This document shows, in pieces, positions 47,916 through 57,967 of a stretch of DNA of 64,000 bases; position 1 is the stretch's first letter, and every line of letters begins with the position of its first letter. Source of the stretch: Roseomonas sp. (lineage in GTDB: Bacteria > Pseudomonadota > Alphaproteobacteria > Acetobacterales > Acetobacteraceae); the NCBI GenBank assembly GCA_044356015.1, contig JBIKXA010000002.1, positions 173 to 64,172 of the forward strand. Reading direction: 5' to 3'. The notes under the pieces were generated by a model. That model made no database searches. It was not told the origin of the DNA and saw only the letters and a program-made list of their open reading frames with translations. Made by a program: the position numbers and the translations under genes.

Positions 47916-48719
47916 CTAGACTGGGCTTGTTTCTGGAAATTGGGGCTTGGTCTTGCCCTTGATGGCTGCGATACCTTTGGGCAATTCTGGGCCGGTAAAA
48001 CCCAGGAACTCCATGGCAACCGCAGCCTCGAAAATTGGACGTGCCTGTTGCAGCCATAGGTTCATGCTGTGCTTGGTCCAGCGCAAGGCGCTTTGCGGCC
48101 CTTCTGCCAGGCGGACCGCAGTTTCAAGCGCTTTTGCCTGTAATTCGTCATCCGGCACCGCCAGCGAGACAAGGCCAATGCGCTCCGCTTCCTTTCCATC
48201 CAGCGGCTCACAGGTGAGCAGATAGTATTTGCTTTTTGCCATGCCACAAAGCAATGGCCAGATGATGGGCGCATGATCACCCGCTGCAACGCCAAGCTTC
48301 GTATGCCCATCTATCAACTTGGCCGAATATCCTGCGATGGAGATATCCGCCATAATCGCAAGCACAATTCCTGCACCAACCGCAGGACCATTGATGGCGG
48401 AAATGATTGGCTTGGAACAGCCAATCATGTTGTACACCATATCGCGCGCTTCTTTCCAAACCTGAATGCGCGTTGGAAAATCTTCCATCATCCGGCTGAC
48501 GAGATCGAGATCGCCGCCAGCCGAAAATCCCCGCCCTGCACCAGTGATGATGACCACTGAGACGGCCGGATCGGCATCAATCTCCCGCCACACTTCGGTA
48601 AGCACGCGATGCATTTCGGGCGTCAGGCTATTCAGCGCATCCGGCCGGTTGAGTGTCAGGCGCAGCACGCGTGGATGCGGCCAATCGGCCAGGATATGGG
48701 GAAGATTATCGTAGCTCAC
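47916..48719 (-). CDS. Crotonase-superfamily enzyme (His/Asp-type subgroup)
   Basis: LNRPDALN, FSAGGDL, INGPAVGAG, DGHTKLGVAAGDHAPIIWP. Confidence 0.9.
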   Translation of the reverse strand: MSYDNLPHILADWPHPRVLRLTLNRPDALNSLTPEMHRVLTEVWREIDADPAVSVVIITGAGRGFSAGGDLDLVSRMMEDFPTRIQVWKEARDMVYNMIGCSKPIISAINGPAVGAGIVLAIMADISIAGYSAKLIDGHTKLGVAAGDHAPIIWPLLCGMAKSKYYLLTCEPLDGKEAERIGLVSLAVPDDELQAKALETAVRLAEGPQSALRWTKHSMNLWLQQARPIFEAAVAMEFLGFTGPELPKGIAAIKGKTKPQFPETSPV

Positions 48720-50350
48720 GCTTGTTTCTCCATTGAATCAGCATGCAGGATATCCTTGACGAGGCGATGGCGCTGAATTTTGCCGGTAGGTGTGAAGGGC
48801 AGTTCCTTCATCACAACAAGACGCTCCGGAAGCTTATAGGTCGCAAAACCATCACCAAGGAATGCGAGAATCTGCTCAAGCCTTGGCGCCGACTGTCCTT
48901 CGCGTGGCACGACGCATAAGCAGGAACGTTCACCAAGGCGGCTATCAGGCAACCCAACAATGGCGCAGTACAGGATGGCGGGATGGCCATAGAGCACTTC
49001 CTCAACCTCGCGCGGAAAATATTTCATGCCGCCGCGGTTGATCATCTCCTTGACGCGGCCGCTGATCCGGAGATTCCCGAGTGTATCAATAAAGCCAAGG
49101 TCACCACTACGGAACCAGCCATCGGTTGTAAACGCATCAGCATTGGCCTGAGGATTGGCGTGATAACCAAGATGAACCGAAGGTCCTTCGGCACAGATTT
49201 CACCTTCCTGTCCCGCCGGCACATCGCGCCCTTCAGGGTCGAGAAGCCGCAATCCCATATGGCTTCCAACACGCCCCACCGAACCAGCTACCGCTTCAGG
49301 ATCATCGCCCGGGCGCGTATAGGTTTGATAGCCATCCTCCAGCATGCCATAGAGTTCAAGGAAGTGCCCAGGGGCAACTACTCGCCAGGCGCGGATTGTC
49401 TCAACCGGGGCTGAAGCGCCACCTGAAACAACAAGCCGGAGGGCTGCAAGATTCGCCTGCCTGATTTCAGGCAAAGCCAGAAGCGCAGTCAGCGAAGCGG
49501 GCGCGGTCGGCACATAGGTGCAGCCTTCGCGTGCAAGTAGTGCCAAGGCGGGCGCAGCCGAAAAGCGTTCCAGCAGCACCGCAGTGGCACCTGCAATGAT
49601 AGATTGCACCAGCGTCAGATAACCCCAGTTCAGCCCAAGTGGCAGCCAGATCATCATGCGATCCGCAGCACCAAGGCCAATATCACCATTAAGGATACGC
49701 GCAGCCGCAAGCGTTGTATTGTGGCTATGCATGACACCCTTGGGATTACCCGTGGTGCCAGACGTAAAGGCCATGCGCATGACGGCATCAGGCGATTGGC
49801 AATAGGGTGTGAAATCCGCAGGCCCCGACCGACCGACGATGATATCATCTAAAGTTGTAACGCCCGGGCGAGACGAAGCGCGAAAACTGCCAACCAGACT
49901 CAAGCCTGGCAAATGGGGTTGCAATTCAAGCGCCATGCCCAGATGATCGAAACCACGGTATTCACCAGTAGTAACAATACCTTTTGCCTCACTGAAGCGC
50001 AGGATATATTCAAGCTCTCGCGCGCGAAAATCTGTTGACACCGTAACCGCGACAGCGCCGATACGTTCAAGGGCGAAAAAGGCAGGCGCGAATTCCAGCC
50101 AATTGGGTAGCTGCAACACCACAACATCATCGGCGCCAATGCCAAGGGCACGATACCGCGCTGCCATGCGATCAATCATGTCTCGCAACGCCTGATAGGT
50201 CACGCTATGCGTACCGTCTGTAATCGCGATCTTGTCCGGCGCCGTGGCGGCGTTGGATGAAAGCAATTCAAACAGCGTCTCATCCTTCCATTGGCCAGAG
50301 GCGCGCCAGCGGGCCGCGCGTTCCGGATCATGCCTGATGTCAAAGCGCAT
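48716..50350 (-). CDS. Acyl/aryl-CoA ligase (cyclohexanecarboxylate-CoA-ligase-like)
   Basis: FTSGTTGNPKG, LYGMLE, FRSGDLG, RGGMKY, GKIQR. Confidence 0.88.
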   Translation of the reverse strand: MRFDIRHDPERAARWRASGQWKDETLFELLSSNAATAPDKIAITDGTHSVTYQALRDMIDRMAARYRALGIGADDVVVLQLPNWLEFAPAFFALERIGAVAVTVSTDFRARELEYILRFSEAKGIVTTGEYRGFDHLGMALELQPHLPGLSLVGSFRASSRPGVTTLDDIIVGRSGPADFTPYCQSPDAVMRMAFTSGTTGNPKGVMHSHNTTLAAARILNGDIGLGAADRMMIWLPLGLNWGYLTLVQSIIAGATAVLLERFSAAPALALLAREGCTYVPTAPASLTALLALPEIRQANLAALRLVVSGGASAPVETIRAWRVVAPGHFLELYGMLEDGYQTYTRPGDDPEAVAGSVGRVGSHMGLRLLDPEGRDVPAGQEGEICAEGPSVHLGYHANPQANADAFTTDGWFRSGDLGFIDTLGNLRISGRVKEMINRGGMKYFPREVEEVLYGHPAILYCAIVGLPDSRLGERSCLCVVPREGQSAPRLEQILAFLGDGFATYKLPERLVVMKELPFTPTGKIQRHRLVKDILHADSMEKQA

Positions 50351-50363
50351 GCTCTGCTCTCCG

Positions 50364-51059
50364 TCAGAGTGTCAGCCAGCGATGGCGAAGTGCGTCCTCC
50401 GCCGCGCGAAAGGCGGCGGCCGTATCGTCATGCACAATTTGCCCACGTGCCATGATGGCGATGCGGTCTGCAACGGCCTCCGTAAGTCGGAGATTTTGCT
50501 CAACAAGCAACACTGCCACACCTTCCTGCGCCAATTGTCGCAATACGCGCGCAAGCTCTCGGACTACCATTGGCGCCAGGCCCTGGCTTGGTTCATCCAG
50601 CACCAGAACACGCGGATCGGTGACCAGGGCTCGGCCGATGGCCAGCATCTGCTGCTCACCCCCCGAAAGCGCGCGCCCCGCATTGCGCCTGCGTTCCTTC
50701 AAATTGGGCAGCAAGGTAAAGAGCCGGTCCTCGGGCCAGAGACGCGAAGGTTTTCTCTGTGCTACCGCAAGATTTTCCATAACTGTCAGTTCAGGAAAAA
50801 CCTGCCGCCCTTCTGGAACATAACCAATGCCAGCCCGCGCCACATGATGACTGGCGAGCCCTGACAGCACTGTATCATTAAGCAGGATACGGCCATCCAG
50901 CCGCGGCAGCATGCCCATCAGCCCACGCAGCAGGGTGGTTTTACCAACGCCATTACGCCCGATGATTGCCGTAATCTCAGCCGCTCGCGCGGTGAAACTG
51001 ACGCCTTGAAGCACCTGTGCAGCCGCGTAACCGCCTGAAACCTCGGAGAAGGAGAGCAT
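50364..51059 (-). CDS. livF: Branched-chain-type ABC ATP-binding subunit
   Basis: GRNGVGKTT, VPEGRQVF, LSGGEQQM, DEPSQGLAP. Confidence 0.88.
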   Translation of the reverse strand: MLSFSEVSGGYAAAQVLQGVSFTARAAEITAIIGRNGVGKTTLLRGLMGMLPRLDGRILLNDTVLSGLASHHVARAGIGYVPEGRQVFPELTVMENLAVAQRKPSRLWPEDRLFTLLPNLKERRRNAGRALSGGEQQMLAIGRALVTDPRVLVLDEPSQGLAPMVVRELARVLRQLAQEGVAVLLVEQNLRLTEAVADRIAIMARGQIVHDDTAAAFRAAEDALRHRWLTL

Positions 51060-51811
51060 CAGTCAAGCTCCCCAAGATAGGCCTGCTGTACCTGTGTATC
51101 CGCACGCACAATATCCGCCGGGCCATCGGCAATCTTGCGACCGCGATGGAGCACAACAATACGCGGCGCCAAGGCAAAGACAACCTCCATATCATGTTCA
51201 ACCAGCAGGACTGCTGTGTTGGTTTCACTGATCACACGCCGCAACAGGTCAACCGTACGCCGTGTTTCCTCGATCGACATCCCTTGCGTAGGTTCATCCA
51301 GGATCAGCAGCCTGGGCTCCTGCGCAAGGGCCACTGCAACTTCCAGCAATCGCTGATCGCCATGAGAAAGCTCACCGGCGAGAATCCCAGCCGTGCCAGT
51401 GAGACCCAGCTGATCCAACCATGCCATGGCGCGCTCTTCGCCGCGCCGCAGCGCGGCAGCGCCACCAAAGGGCCGCCAACGGATAGGGTCGCGGGCTTGT
51501 ACACCCAGCCGAACATTTTCTAGCGCTGTCAGCCCCGGGCAGATCGCTGTTACCTGAAAGGAACGCGCCATCCCACGCGCTGCAAGCACGGGTGCGGTGA
51601 GTTTGGTGACATCTTCTCCCGCAAAGCGCACCGAGCCCGAGGTTTTCGCAAGATTACCGGCGATCATGGCAAAAAGGGTAGATTTGCCGGCGCCATTCGG
51701 GCCGATTACGGCACAGATTTCCCGTTCTGCCACATCAAGATTAACCTCCGAAACGGCAAAAAACGCGCCCCAGGCACGGCTCAATCCACGGCATTCCAGC
51801 AATGCCGTCAT
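51059..51811 (-). CDS. livG: Branched-chain-type ABC ATP-binding subunit
   Basis: GPNGAGKST, LSHGDQR, DEPTQG, VQQAYLG. Confidence 0.88.
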   Translation of the reverse strand: MTALLECRGLSRAWGAFFAVSEVNLDVAEREICAVIGPNGAGKSTLFAMIAGNLAKTSGSVRFAGEDVTKLTAPVLAARGMARSFQVTAICPGLTALENVRLGVQARDPIRWRPFGGAAALRRGEERAMAWLDQLGLTGTAGILAGELSHGDQRLLEVAVALAQEPRLLILDEPTQGMSIEETRRTVDLLRRVISETNTAVLLVEHDMEVVFALAPRIVVLHRGRKIADGPADIVRADTQVQQAYLGELD

Positions 51812-52731
51812 GTGCGACGCAAGCCTTGCAGCACGCCCATCAGGCCGCGCGGCGCGAATATCACGACAAAGATGAACATGATGCCAAGCGCGAGCCCCCA
51901 GCTTTCGGTCAGTGCAGAAAGCTCATGCTCCACGTAGAAGAAAGCAAGCGCGCCAAGCATCGGGCCAACCAATGTGCCGGCGCCACCAAGGACCACCATG
52001 ACAAGAATATGGCCGGAAACCGTCCAGAAGAAGAGCTCAGGCGATACATAGCGCGCGAAACCTGCATAAAGCGCACCCGCAACGCCTGCCAGAAAATAGG
52101 AGAGTACAAAGACAATAAGGCGAATACGGCGCGGGTCATGGCCGAGTGCTTCTGCACGCTGCTCATTCTCCCGCACGGCGGCAACAACGCGCCCGAGGGG
52201 CGAATGCACGAATGCCCAGGCCAGCACATAGGCGGCCGCCAAAACGACTGTGACAAGAAGGTGATAGCCTTCACGGCTTGCCATGAAGTCGCTAAGGCCT
52301 GCACGCGGAATACCAGGCAACCCATCAGAACCACCGGTAACCGCATTCCATTTGAAAACCACAGCATAGCCAAGCTGCGCAAAAGCCAGTGACAGCATCG
52401 CAAAAGTGACGCCACCGGTCCGGACGCAAAGCCATCCGACCGGGATCGCAAGCAGTGCCGTGACCAGCCCTGCCGCCAGCACCGCCAGCGGCAAAGGAAC
52501 CTGCCAAGCCAGCATCATGCCCGCTGCCATGTAAGCGCCAAAACCCCAAGGCCCCGCATGACCGAATGAGGTGAGGCGCGCATGCCCAACCAGCAAGTCA
52601 AGACTAAGCGCAAAAAGGCAAAGGATCAGTGCTTCGGTCAGCAATGTCGTTGCGTGATTGGGCAAAACAAATCCAAGCACACCGCCAAAAGCGATAAAGG
52701 CAAGAACAAATCGTGGATTGGCCGCGTTCAT
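51808..52731 (-). CDS. livM: Branched-chain-type ABC permease
   Basis: SFGHAG, TGGSDGL, VLGGAGTLVGP. Confidence 0.87.
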   Translation of the reverse strand: MNAANPRFVLAFIAFGGVLGFVLPNHATTLLTEALILCLFALSLDLLVGHARLTSFGHAGPWGFGAYMAAGMMLAWQVPLPLAVLAAGLVTALLAIPVGWLCVRTGGVTFAMLSLAFAQLGYAVVFKWNAVTGGSDGLPGIPRAGLSDFMASREGYHLLVTVVLAAAYVLAWAFVHSPLGRVVAAVRENEQRAEALGHDPRRIRLIVFVLSYFLAGVAGALYAGFARYVSPELFFWTVSGHILVMVVLGGAGTLVGPMLGALAFFYVEHELSALTESWGLALGIMFIFVVIFAPRGLMGVLQGLRRT

Positions 52732-53597
52732 TCGGATCTTCCGAAAAGTCCACCAGGGCGCAGCACCAGTACCGCGATCATCACCGCATAGGTCATGCCA
52801 AGCGAAAGCTCAGGCAAATAGAAATTCCCAAAAGTCTGCGCAAAACCCAGCAGAAGGCTACCAGCGGCCGTGCCGATGAAACTGCCCATGCCACCGATCA
52901 TGACAATGACGAAAGCGTCAATGATGACATTGGATCCAAGCCCGAGTGAAGCGGAAAGAAGTGGCGCAGCCAGCGCACCACCCAATGCCGCCAGCGCGCA
53001 GGCAAGCGCAAAGACCAACGCCCTGATGCGGGCAACATCATTGCCAAGTGCAGCAGTCATGCCGGCATTCTGTGATGCTGCCCGAAGCAGAAGACCAATC
53101 CGCGTACGCTGCAGCCCTGCCCAGCATGCAAGCGCACACATGACGCCAGCCCCAATCAAAAACAGGCGATAGACAGGAAACGGTTCATCCATCACGAAGA
53201 TGATGCCGGCAAGATAAACAGGAAGTTCTGCCTGCCGTGCATCTGCGCCCCAAATCAGACGAATTGCCTCAGTAAGCGCAAGCGCGAGACCAAAGGTGAC
53301 CAAAAGAAAAGCCGAATGTTCCCGCGCATAGAGCCGAGACAAGGCGCTTCGTTCAAAAGCAATCCCCAGAAGGCCGGCTGCAAGTGGCGCTGCCACAAGA
53401 GAAAATATGAAGGACCCGCTTAGAGTCTGCGCTACCACACCAACATAGGCGCCAAACATGAACAAGGCACCATGGGCGAAATTAACCACCCGCATGATAC
53501 CAAAAATCAGCGTGAGCCCAACTGCCAGGAAGAAAAACAATGCCGAAAGCGAAAGGGCATTGAGCAATTGCAGGGCGAATAGCGCGAGCGGGTCCAT
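52728..53597 (-). CDS. livH: Branched-chain-type ABC permease
   Basis: GLTLIFGIMRVVNFAHG, IGGMGSFIG, RPGGLFG. Confidence 0.87.
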   Translation of the reverse strand: MDPLALFALQLLNALSLSALFFFLAVGLTLIFGIMRVVNFAHGALFMFGAYVGVVAQTLSGSFIFSLVAAPLAAGLLGIAFERSALSRLYAREHSAFLLVTFGLALALTEAIRLIWGADARQAELPVYLAGIIFVMDEPFPVYRLFLIGAGVMCALACWAGLQRTRIGLLLRAASQNAGMTAALGNDVARIRALVFALACALAALGGALAAPLLSASLGLGSNVIIDAFVIVMIGGMGSFIGTAAGSLLLGFAQTFGNFYLPELSLGMTYAVMIAVLVLRPGGLFGRSE

Positions 53598-53604
53598 TCG
53601 TTCC

Positions 53605-54801
53605 TCAGGCGAAATTGGCAGCGCGGCAGGCTGGCGTCACCTCAGACGGTGCATAGGTTGCGATGACTTCCGGCACCGGATGCGGCATGCCGTCACGGCG
53701 ATCGACGCGCACCACCAGACCCGCCTGTTCCGCCTGACCATCACAGGCGCGGATCTTGAGCGGTCCTTTGATAGAGCTCATTTCCAGGTCGCGTAGCGCA
53801 GCCACCACCGCTTCTGTATCGGTGCGTCTGGCTTTGCGAACCGCCGTCGCCAGAACCTCACAGGCCTGCCACTGCTCACCGTCATAAGTATCGGGCAATT
53901 CATTGAGCTCACTGCGAAAGCGCTGAACGAAGGCGGCATTGGCCGGGTTATTGAGCGTGAAGGTATAGCGGCTACCACCGACCAGGCCGATCGCGGCATC
54001 ACCTGCCGGGCGTGTGAACAGCATGTCTACTGTTTCCGTCACAACCGGCATCCGTTCAAAAAGCCGGAACTGCGCTGCCTGACGGAGGAAGGCAGTACCA
54101 TCATCGCCGGTCAGGGCAATATAAAGTGCCTGCGGATTGGCCTGCCGAATGCGCGTGATGAAGGAGGAATAGTCGCGCGTACCGACCGGCGCGAAAACAC
54201 TTCCTATTGATCTTTTACCGATGCCACGGAGCAAACCCTCAAAGGTCTCAACCGACGAACGTCCCCAGGCATAGTCAAGCGACAATGAGAAAAATTCCGT
54301 CTGCGGTGCAGCCCGCAGCCATAATGCCAAGGCCCGCGCCCCCATGGGGCCAGAGGTATTGGCGCGGAACGCATTCGGCACCCAGTGTTCTGCGGTGATG
54401 GATCCAGCACCATTCACTGAGGAGATGAACAGCGCATTCCATTCCGCGAGCTTCGGCATGACCGCAAGCGCTTCGGAAGATGCCATCAGGCCGAGCAGGA
54501 TATTCACGCGGTCCCGCTCCACCATTTCTTGTGCCTTGCGCAGACAATTTGCCGGCACGCCTTGCGTATCTTCAAAGAGAAATTCGACAGGTCGACCGAG
54601 CAGGCCGCCTTCGGCATTCACTGTGCGTGCCCAAAGGCGGCAGGTACGAACAACCTGCGCGCCTAGCACTGCCCAGGTGCCGGTCATGGCGGTTGGTACA
54701 CCAATGCGGATTGGGCCGCTTTGTGCAGCCGCTGGGCGGATCAATGCAGGTGCTGCCAGCAAACCAAGAGCCGTACGACGGCCCATCGTCAAATTACGCA
54801 T
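53605..54801 (-). CDS. Branched-chain-type ABC substrate-binding protein
   Basis: Tat-like GRRTALG, IRIGVPTAMTG, DYAWG; start MRNLT at 54801. Confidence 0.88.
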   Translation of the reverse strand: MRNLTMGRRTALGLLAAPALIRPAAAQSGPIRIGVPTAMTGTWAVLGAQVVRTCRLWARTVNAEGGLLGRPVEFLFEDTQGVPANCLRKAQEMVERDRVNILLGLMASSEALAVMPKLAEWNALFISSVNGAGSITAEHWVPNAFRANTSGPMGARALALWLRAAPQTEFFSLSLDYAWGRSSVETFEGLLRGIGKRSIGSVFAPVGTRDYSSFITRIRQANPQALYIALTGDDGTAFLRQAAQFRLFERMPVVTETVDMLFTRPAGDAAIGLVGGSRYTFTLNNPANAAFVQRFRSELNELPDTYDGEQWQACEVLATAVRKARRTDTEAVVAALRDLEMSSIKGPLKIRACDGQAEQAGLVVRVDRRDGMPHPVPEVIATYAPSEVTPACRAANFA

Positions 54802-54844
54802 TATCGTTTTCCTCCCGTATTGTGCCGCGGCGTCGCGGCCGGTT

Positions 54845-55612
54845 TCAACCAGAGATGATTTGACCCCCATCGAGTTGCAGCACCTTGCCAGTGAGGTAAC
54901 TGCATTCCTTGCTAAGCATGAAGCAGGCAACGCCCGCTACTTCCTTAGGGGTTGCGATGCGGCCAAGCGGTATTCCCTTGACGATGCGCGCAGAAGTCTC
55001 AGGTCCCCAGGCATCGAATGCGGTCTGCGCCATATCCGTCGCGGTGAGACCGATGGCGAGCGCATTGGCACGAATGCCATGGCGCGCTTCTTCCTTGGCG
55101 GTCACCCTTATCAGTGCTTCGACACCTGCCTTTGCCGCGGCGCCTTGCGCGTTACGCGCTTGGCACATTTGCGCCGCGATGGACGAAATGGCGAGGATCG
55201 CACCTCCGCCGGCTTTTCTCACATGCGGAATCGCTGCGCTCAAGGCGAAAAAACATCCATTCAGATCGACAGAGATATATCGCTGCCACTCAGCATCTTG
55301 CATCTCCGCAACGCTCGCCCATTGGCCCATCGCGCCTGCCGCGTGGGCCAGAAGCGAAATGCCACCGAGTGCCTCCGCCGCGGCGTTCACGGCGCTACGC
55401 GTTTGCACGGGGTCAGCAAGATCGGCACGGACACCACAAGCGTTTCTGCCCTCCGCACGGATGGCGGTCAGAACGGCTTCAGCTTCCTCCATGCGACTGC
55501 GATAGAGAATCGCTACGTCTGCGCCCCGTTTGGCGCCTTCAATGGCGATGGCACGCCCGACGCCGCGGCTTCCGCCAATCACCAAAAGTCGTTCGCCATT
55601 AAACTGCATCAA
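54845..55612 (-). CDS. SDR oxidoreductase (FabG-like)
   Basis: IGGSRGVG, ISSI; the YxxxK position reads GAAAK (catalytic Tyr apparently absent); PLGRIA. Confidence 0.85.
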   Translation of the reverse strand: MMQFNGERLLVIGGSRGVGRAIAIEGAKRGADVAILYRSRMEEAEAVLTAIRAEGRNACGVRADLADPVQTRSAVNAAAEALGGISLLAHAAGAMGQWASVAEMQDAEWQRYISVDLNGCFFALSAAIPHVRKAGGGAILAISSIAAQMCQARNAQGAAAKAGVEALIRVTAKEEARHGIRANALAIGLTATDMAQTAFDAWGPETSARIVKGIPLGRIATPKEVAGVACFMLSKECSYLTGKVLQLDGGQIISG

Positions 55613-56228
55613 TCACCCCCAAACCGCGCAGAAGAAACTGCACGACCTCCGCCTCGGCCTCCTCACCAGGCATGCTGTCCTTCAGGCGCCATCTGCGTAG
55701 GGCCAACATAATGGGCAGAAAGGTCACTATATCGCCGGCTAATTTGCCTGCGCCGGGCAACTCCATACCGGCAGCACGCGCTTCGTCGATGAGACCAGAG
55801 AAGAATTGAATAAATTGCTCCGTCTGCGCCAGAACCGCGCGGCGCGACTCCGGACCCAGCGCATGCGTTTCCTGATAAATTAGCGCAATATCGCCGCTCC
55901 GCCGACGCATCGCACGTGTGAAGGCGGCAACCGCAGCACGAAACCTTTTGCGGGGCTCGTGCACAGTGGCAATCGCGGCCTCAACCTCACGCGTGTAGCC
56001 TTCAGTCAGATCCTTGTGCACAAGATAAAGAATATCATCCTTTGTACGCACATAGTTATAGAGGCTGCCTTGGGAAAGTCCCGCCTCGATCGCGACATCA
56101 CGGATGGTTGCGCCGTGGAAGCCCTTGGCGCGAAAGACACGCGCCGCTGCACGAACGATATGCGCGCGTCGTTCAGACACGAGGTCGGCATCTTTAACCT
56201 GCGTCGCGATGTGTCGCGTTTGCGACAT
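55599..56228 (-). CDS. TetR/AcrR-family regulator
   Basis: AARVFRAKGFHGATIRDVAIEAGLSQGSLYNY..TKDDIL. Confidence 0.92.
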   Translation of the reverse strand: MSQTRHIATQVKDADLVSERRAHIVRAAARVFRAKGFHGATIRDVAIEAGLSQGSLYNYVRTKDDILYLVHKDLTEGYTREVEAAIATVHEPRKRFRAAVAAFTRAMRRRSGDIALIYQETHALGPESRRAVLAQTEQFIQFFSGLIDEARAAGMELPGAGKLAGDIVTFLPIMLALRRWRLKDSMPGEEAEAEVVQFLLRGLGVIDAV

Positions 56229-56327
56229 GGACTATTTCTCCCTACAGGCAGCCTCCTCTGTTCGAAATGGCTTTGTCAAGGAAAAAATGAGTGAGGGCTC
56301 ATTCAGGCAAGCAAGAAGGTTTAACTA

Positions 56328-56720
56328 GGCCGTGAAGTCATAAACGGGATTGCCAAGGGCGCCTGCTTCTCATTCAAGGCTTCCGGAAGGAGTGTCTTGT
56401 ATGAGCCGTTATGATCTGACCGAATTCGAGTGGCGAGTGATTTCGCCCCTGTTACCGAACAAGCCATGTGGTCTCGCGCTAGTGGCTGACCGGCGCGTAG
56501 TGAGTGGTATTTTCTAAGTATTGCGTTTAGGCTCACGATGACGAGATTTGCCGGAACGCTACGGCCCTTACAACACCCGCTACAGTCGCTTCCGTAGCTG
56601 GACCAAAGCGGGCCTATGGGATCGGATTATAGATGCGATTAAAGATGCTTATGGCGGCGCTGTGCGGATGATCGAATGCACAAGTGTGCGTGTCCACCAT
56701 GCTGCCGCCATTTAAAAAAC
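56328..56720 (+). mobile_element. IS5-family (IS427-like) relic, inactive OrfA
   Basis: CTAG|GCCGTGAAGTCATAAA end; ATG at 56401 gives MSRYDLTEFEWRVISPLLP...GIF*VLRLGSR*RDLPERYG...WTKAGLW...SVRVH with two in-frame stops. Confidence 0.82.
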
Positions 56721-56973
56721 GTATGGCCCGCTCCGTTTGCAAGTGAGATTTTGAGGTGCCTTGATCAGACTGCGTCAACGTATACAGTTTTGTGCGGGAA
56801 GCTACGGCCACGATGGACATTTGCGCGCCCGGAGTCACAATAAAGCGATCGGCAGCGAGTGCCATTTGTTTTGATCGGGCTTTCCAGACGCCGATCGACT
56901 GTCAGGCCATCTCTACGATCCTTTGCGGAAATACTTGTGGCGCATGCAAGCAGGTGCATGCAGCTGATCCGGC

Positions 56974-57045
56974 TATGCCGTGACGACATGGCCGCGCACA
57001 TGTTCACGCGTGCGGCCTTCATTCGCCGCCGATGCCGGGAGGGTC
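56974..57045 (-). pseudogene. Possible N-terminal stub of a terminase large subunit
   Basis: A frame overlapping the end of the upstream gene reads PASAANEGRTREHVR then diverges and stops; expected position of terL. Motif recalled, not searched. Confidence 0.35.
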
Positions 57046-57519
57046 GAAGCGATCTGAAGCCTCCGTCAGAAGCTCATTGATGTGCTGCTGCAGGATGGTT
57101 TGCAGCAGATGGGGCTCGACATTCAGTTCGGCGGCGATGACGCCCGCCACGCGCGCGGGCCAATTCAGCAGCGCGTCGCGCATAGTGCTGGCGATTTCAT
57201 CAATCGTCGCATTGGCGGTCGCGACATCGAGCAGGCGGCCCTTGCTTTCATCCAGTGCGAGGCGCTGGGCTTCGACCTTCAGGGCAAGCTGCGCGACCTT
57301 GAGCCGGGCGAAAGGGGTGCCCTCGGCATTAGTGCTGCCGTTGAGCGAGGACCGCTGCGGGTCTGCGGTGTCCAGCAGCCGAGCGCGTGTCTTGGTGATA
57401 TCCCATTGGCCATCCGGTTCGCGCGTAATGCGCCCGGAGCGTTCGGCCTTGTGCATGGTGGTGTCGCTGACGCCAAGGCGTCGCGCGGCTTCGCGGGTGG
57501 AGGGTGTCAGTTCAGCCAT
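57019..57519 (-). CDS. Putative terminase small subunit (Nu1-like HTH plus coiled coil)
   Basis: STREAARRLGVSDTTMHKAERSGRI...WD, then LKVAQLALKVEAQRL...RDALLNWPARV. Confidence 0.65.
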   Translation of the reverse strand: MAELTPSTREAARRLGVSDTTMHKAERSGRITREPDGQWDITKTRARLLDTADPQRSSLNGSTNAEGTPFARLKVAQLALKVEAQRLALDESKGRLLDVATANATIDEIASTMRDALLNWPARVAGVIAAELNVEPHLLQTILQQHINELLTEASDRFDPPGIGGE

Positions 57520-57561
57520 GGCGGCGACCTCCCGCCGCGCGTTGGTGAGGGTTCAGAAGCG

Positions 57562-57840
57562 TCAGTGAGTGGCGCGCTGCCGCGCTGCGTGGAATGCGGC
57601 GACGGCGGCTTGCCAGTCGGCTTCATGTTCGGCGCCGATGCTCTGGAGGGGTTCGAGCGTCACTTTCCGCCGGCTGTAGTAGTCGCCCTGCATGCGTGCC
57701 AACCAACCGGAAAGCCCCTGCGCGGCAAGGGCGTCGCTGGCGGCGGTGATTTCCGCCTCGCTGGGTTCGGTGCGTCCAAGTGAAATATGCCGACCATCTG
57801 CGCCAAGCAATATCCATCTGGTTTCAGTTTCTGCGTGCAT
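57562..57840 (-). CDS. Small prophage hypothetical protein
   Basis: MHAETETRWILLGADGRHISLGR; GGAGAG RBS; prophage context. Confidence 0.65.
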   Translation of the reverse strand: MHAETETRWILLGADGRHISLGRTEPSEAEITAASDALAAQGLSGWLARMQGDYYSRRKVTLEPLQSIGAEHEADWQAAVAAFHAARQRATH

Positions 57841-57856
57841 CGTCACTCTCCGTCTT

Positions 57857-57896
57857 GCGTGACGGACGCTTCGCGCTGTGTTGCGCGCGAGCCAAG
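57857..57896 (-). promoter_or_regulatory. Conserved upstream element (copy 1 of 2)
   Basis: GCGTGAC.GAC..TTCGCGCTGTG.TG.G.GC(T)GAGCCAAG also occurs at 59235-59275; both lie upstream of small prophage genes. Confidence 0.6.
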
Positions 57897-57967
57897 GCAA
57901 TAATGCGCCAGGGATCGCGATGATCCCTGGCTGATGCAATCATTCATACCGCTGTGGCTGCGAAGCT

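Noticed and set aside
56720-56973. ORFs 56614-56865 and 56765-57022
   Set aside because: No motifs; junction DNA between the IS5 relic and the phage stub.
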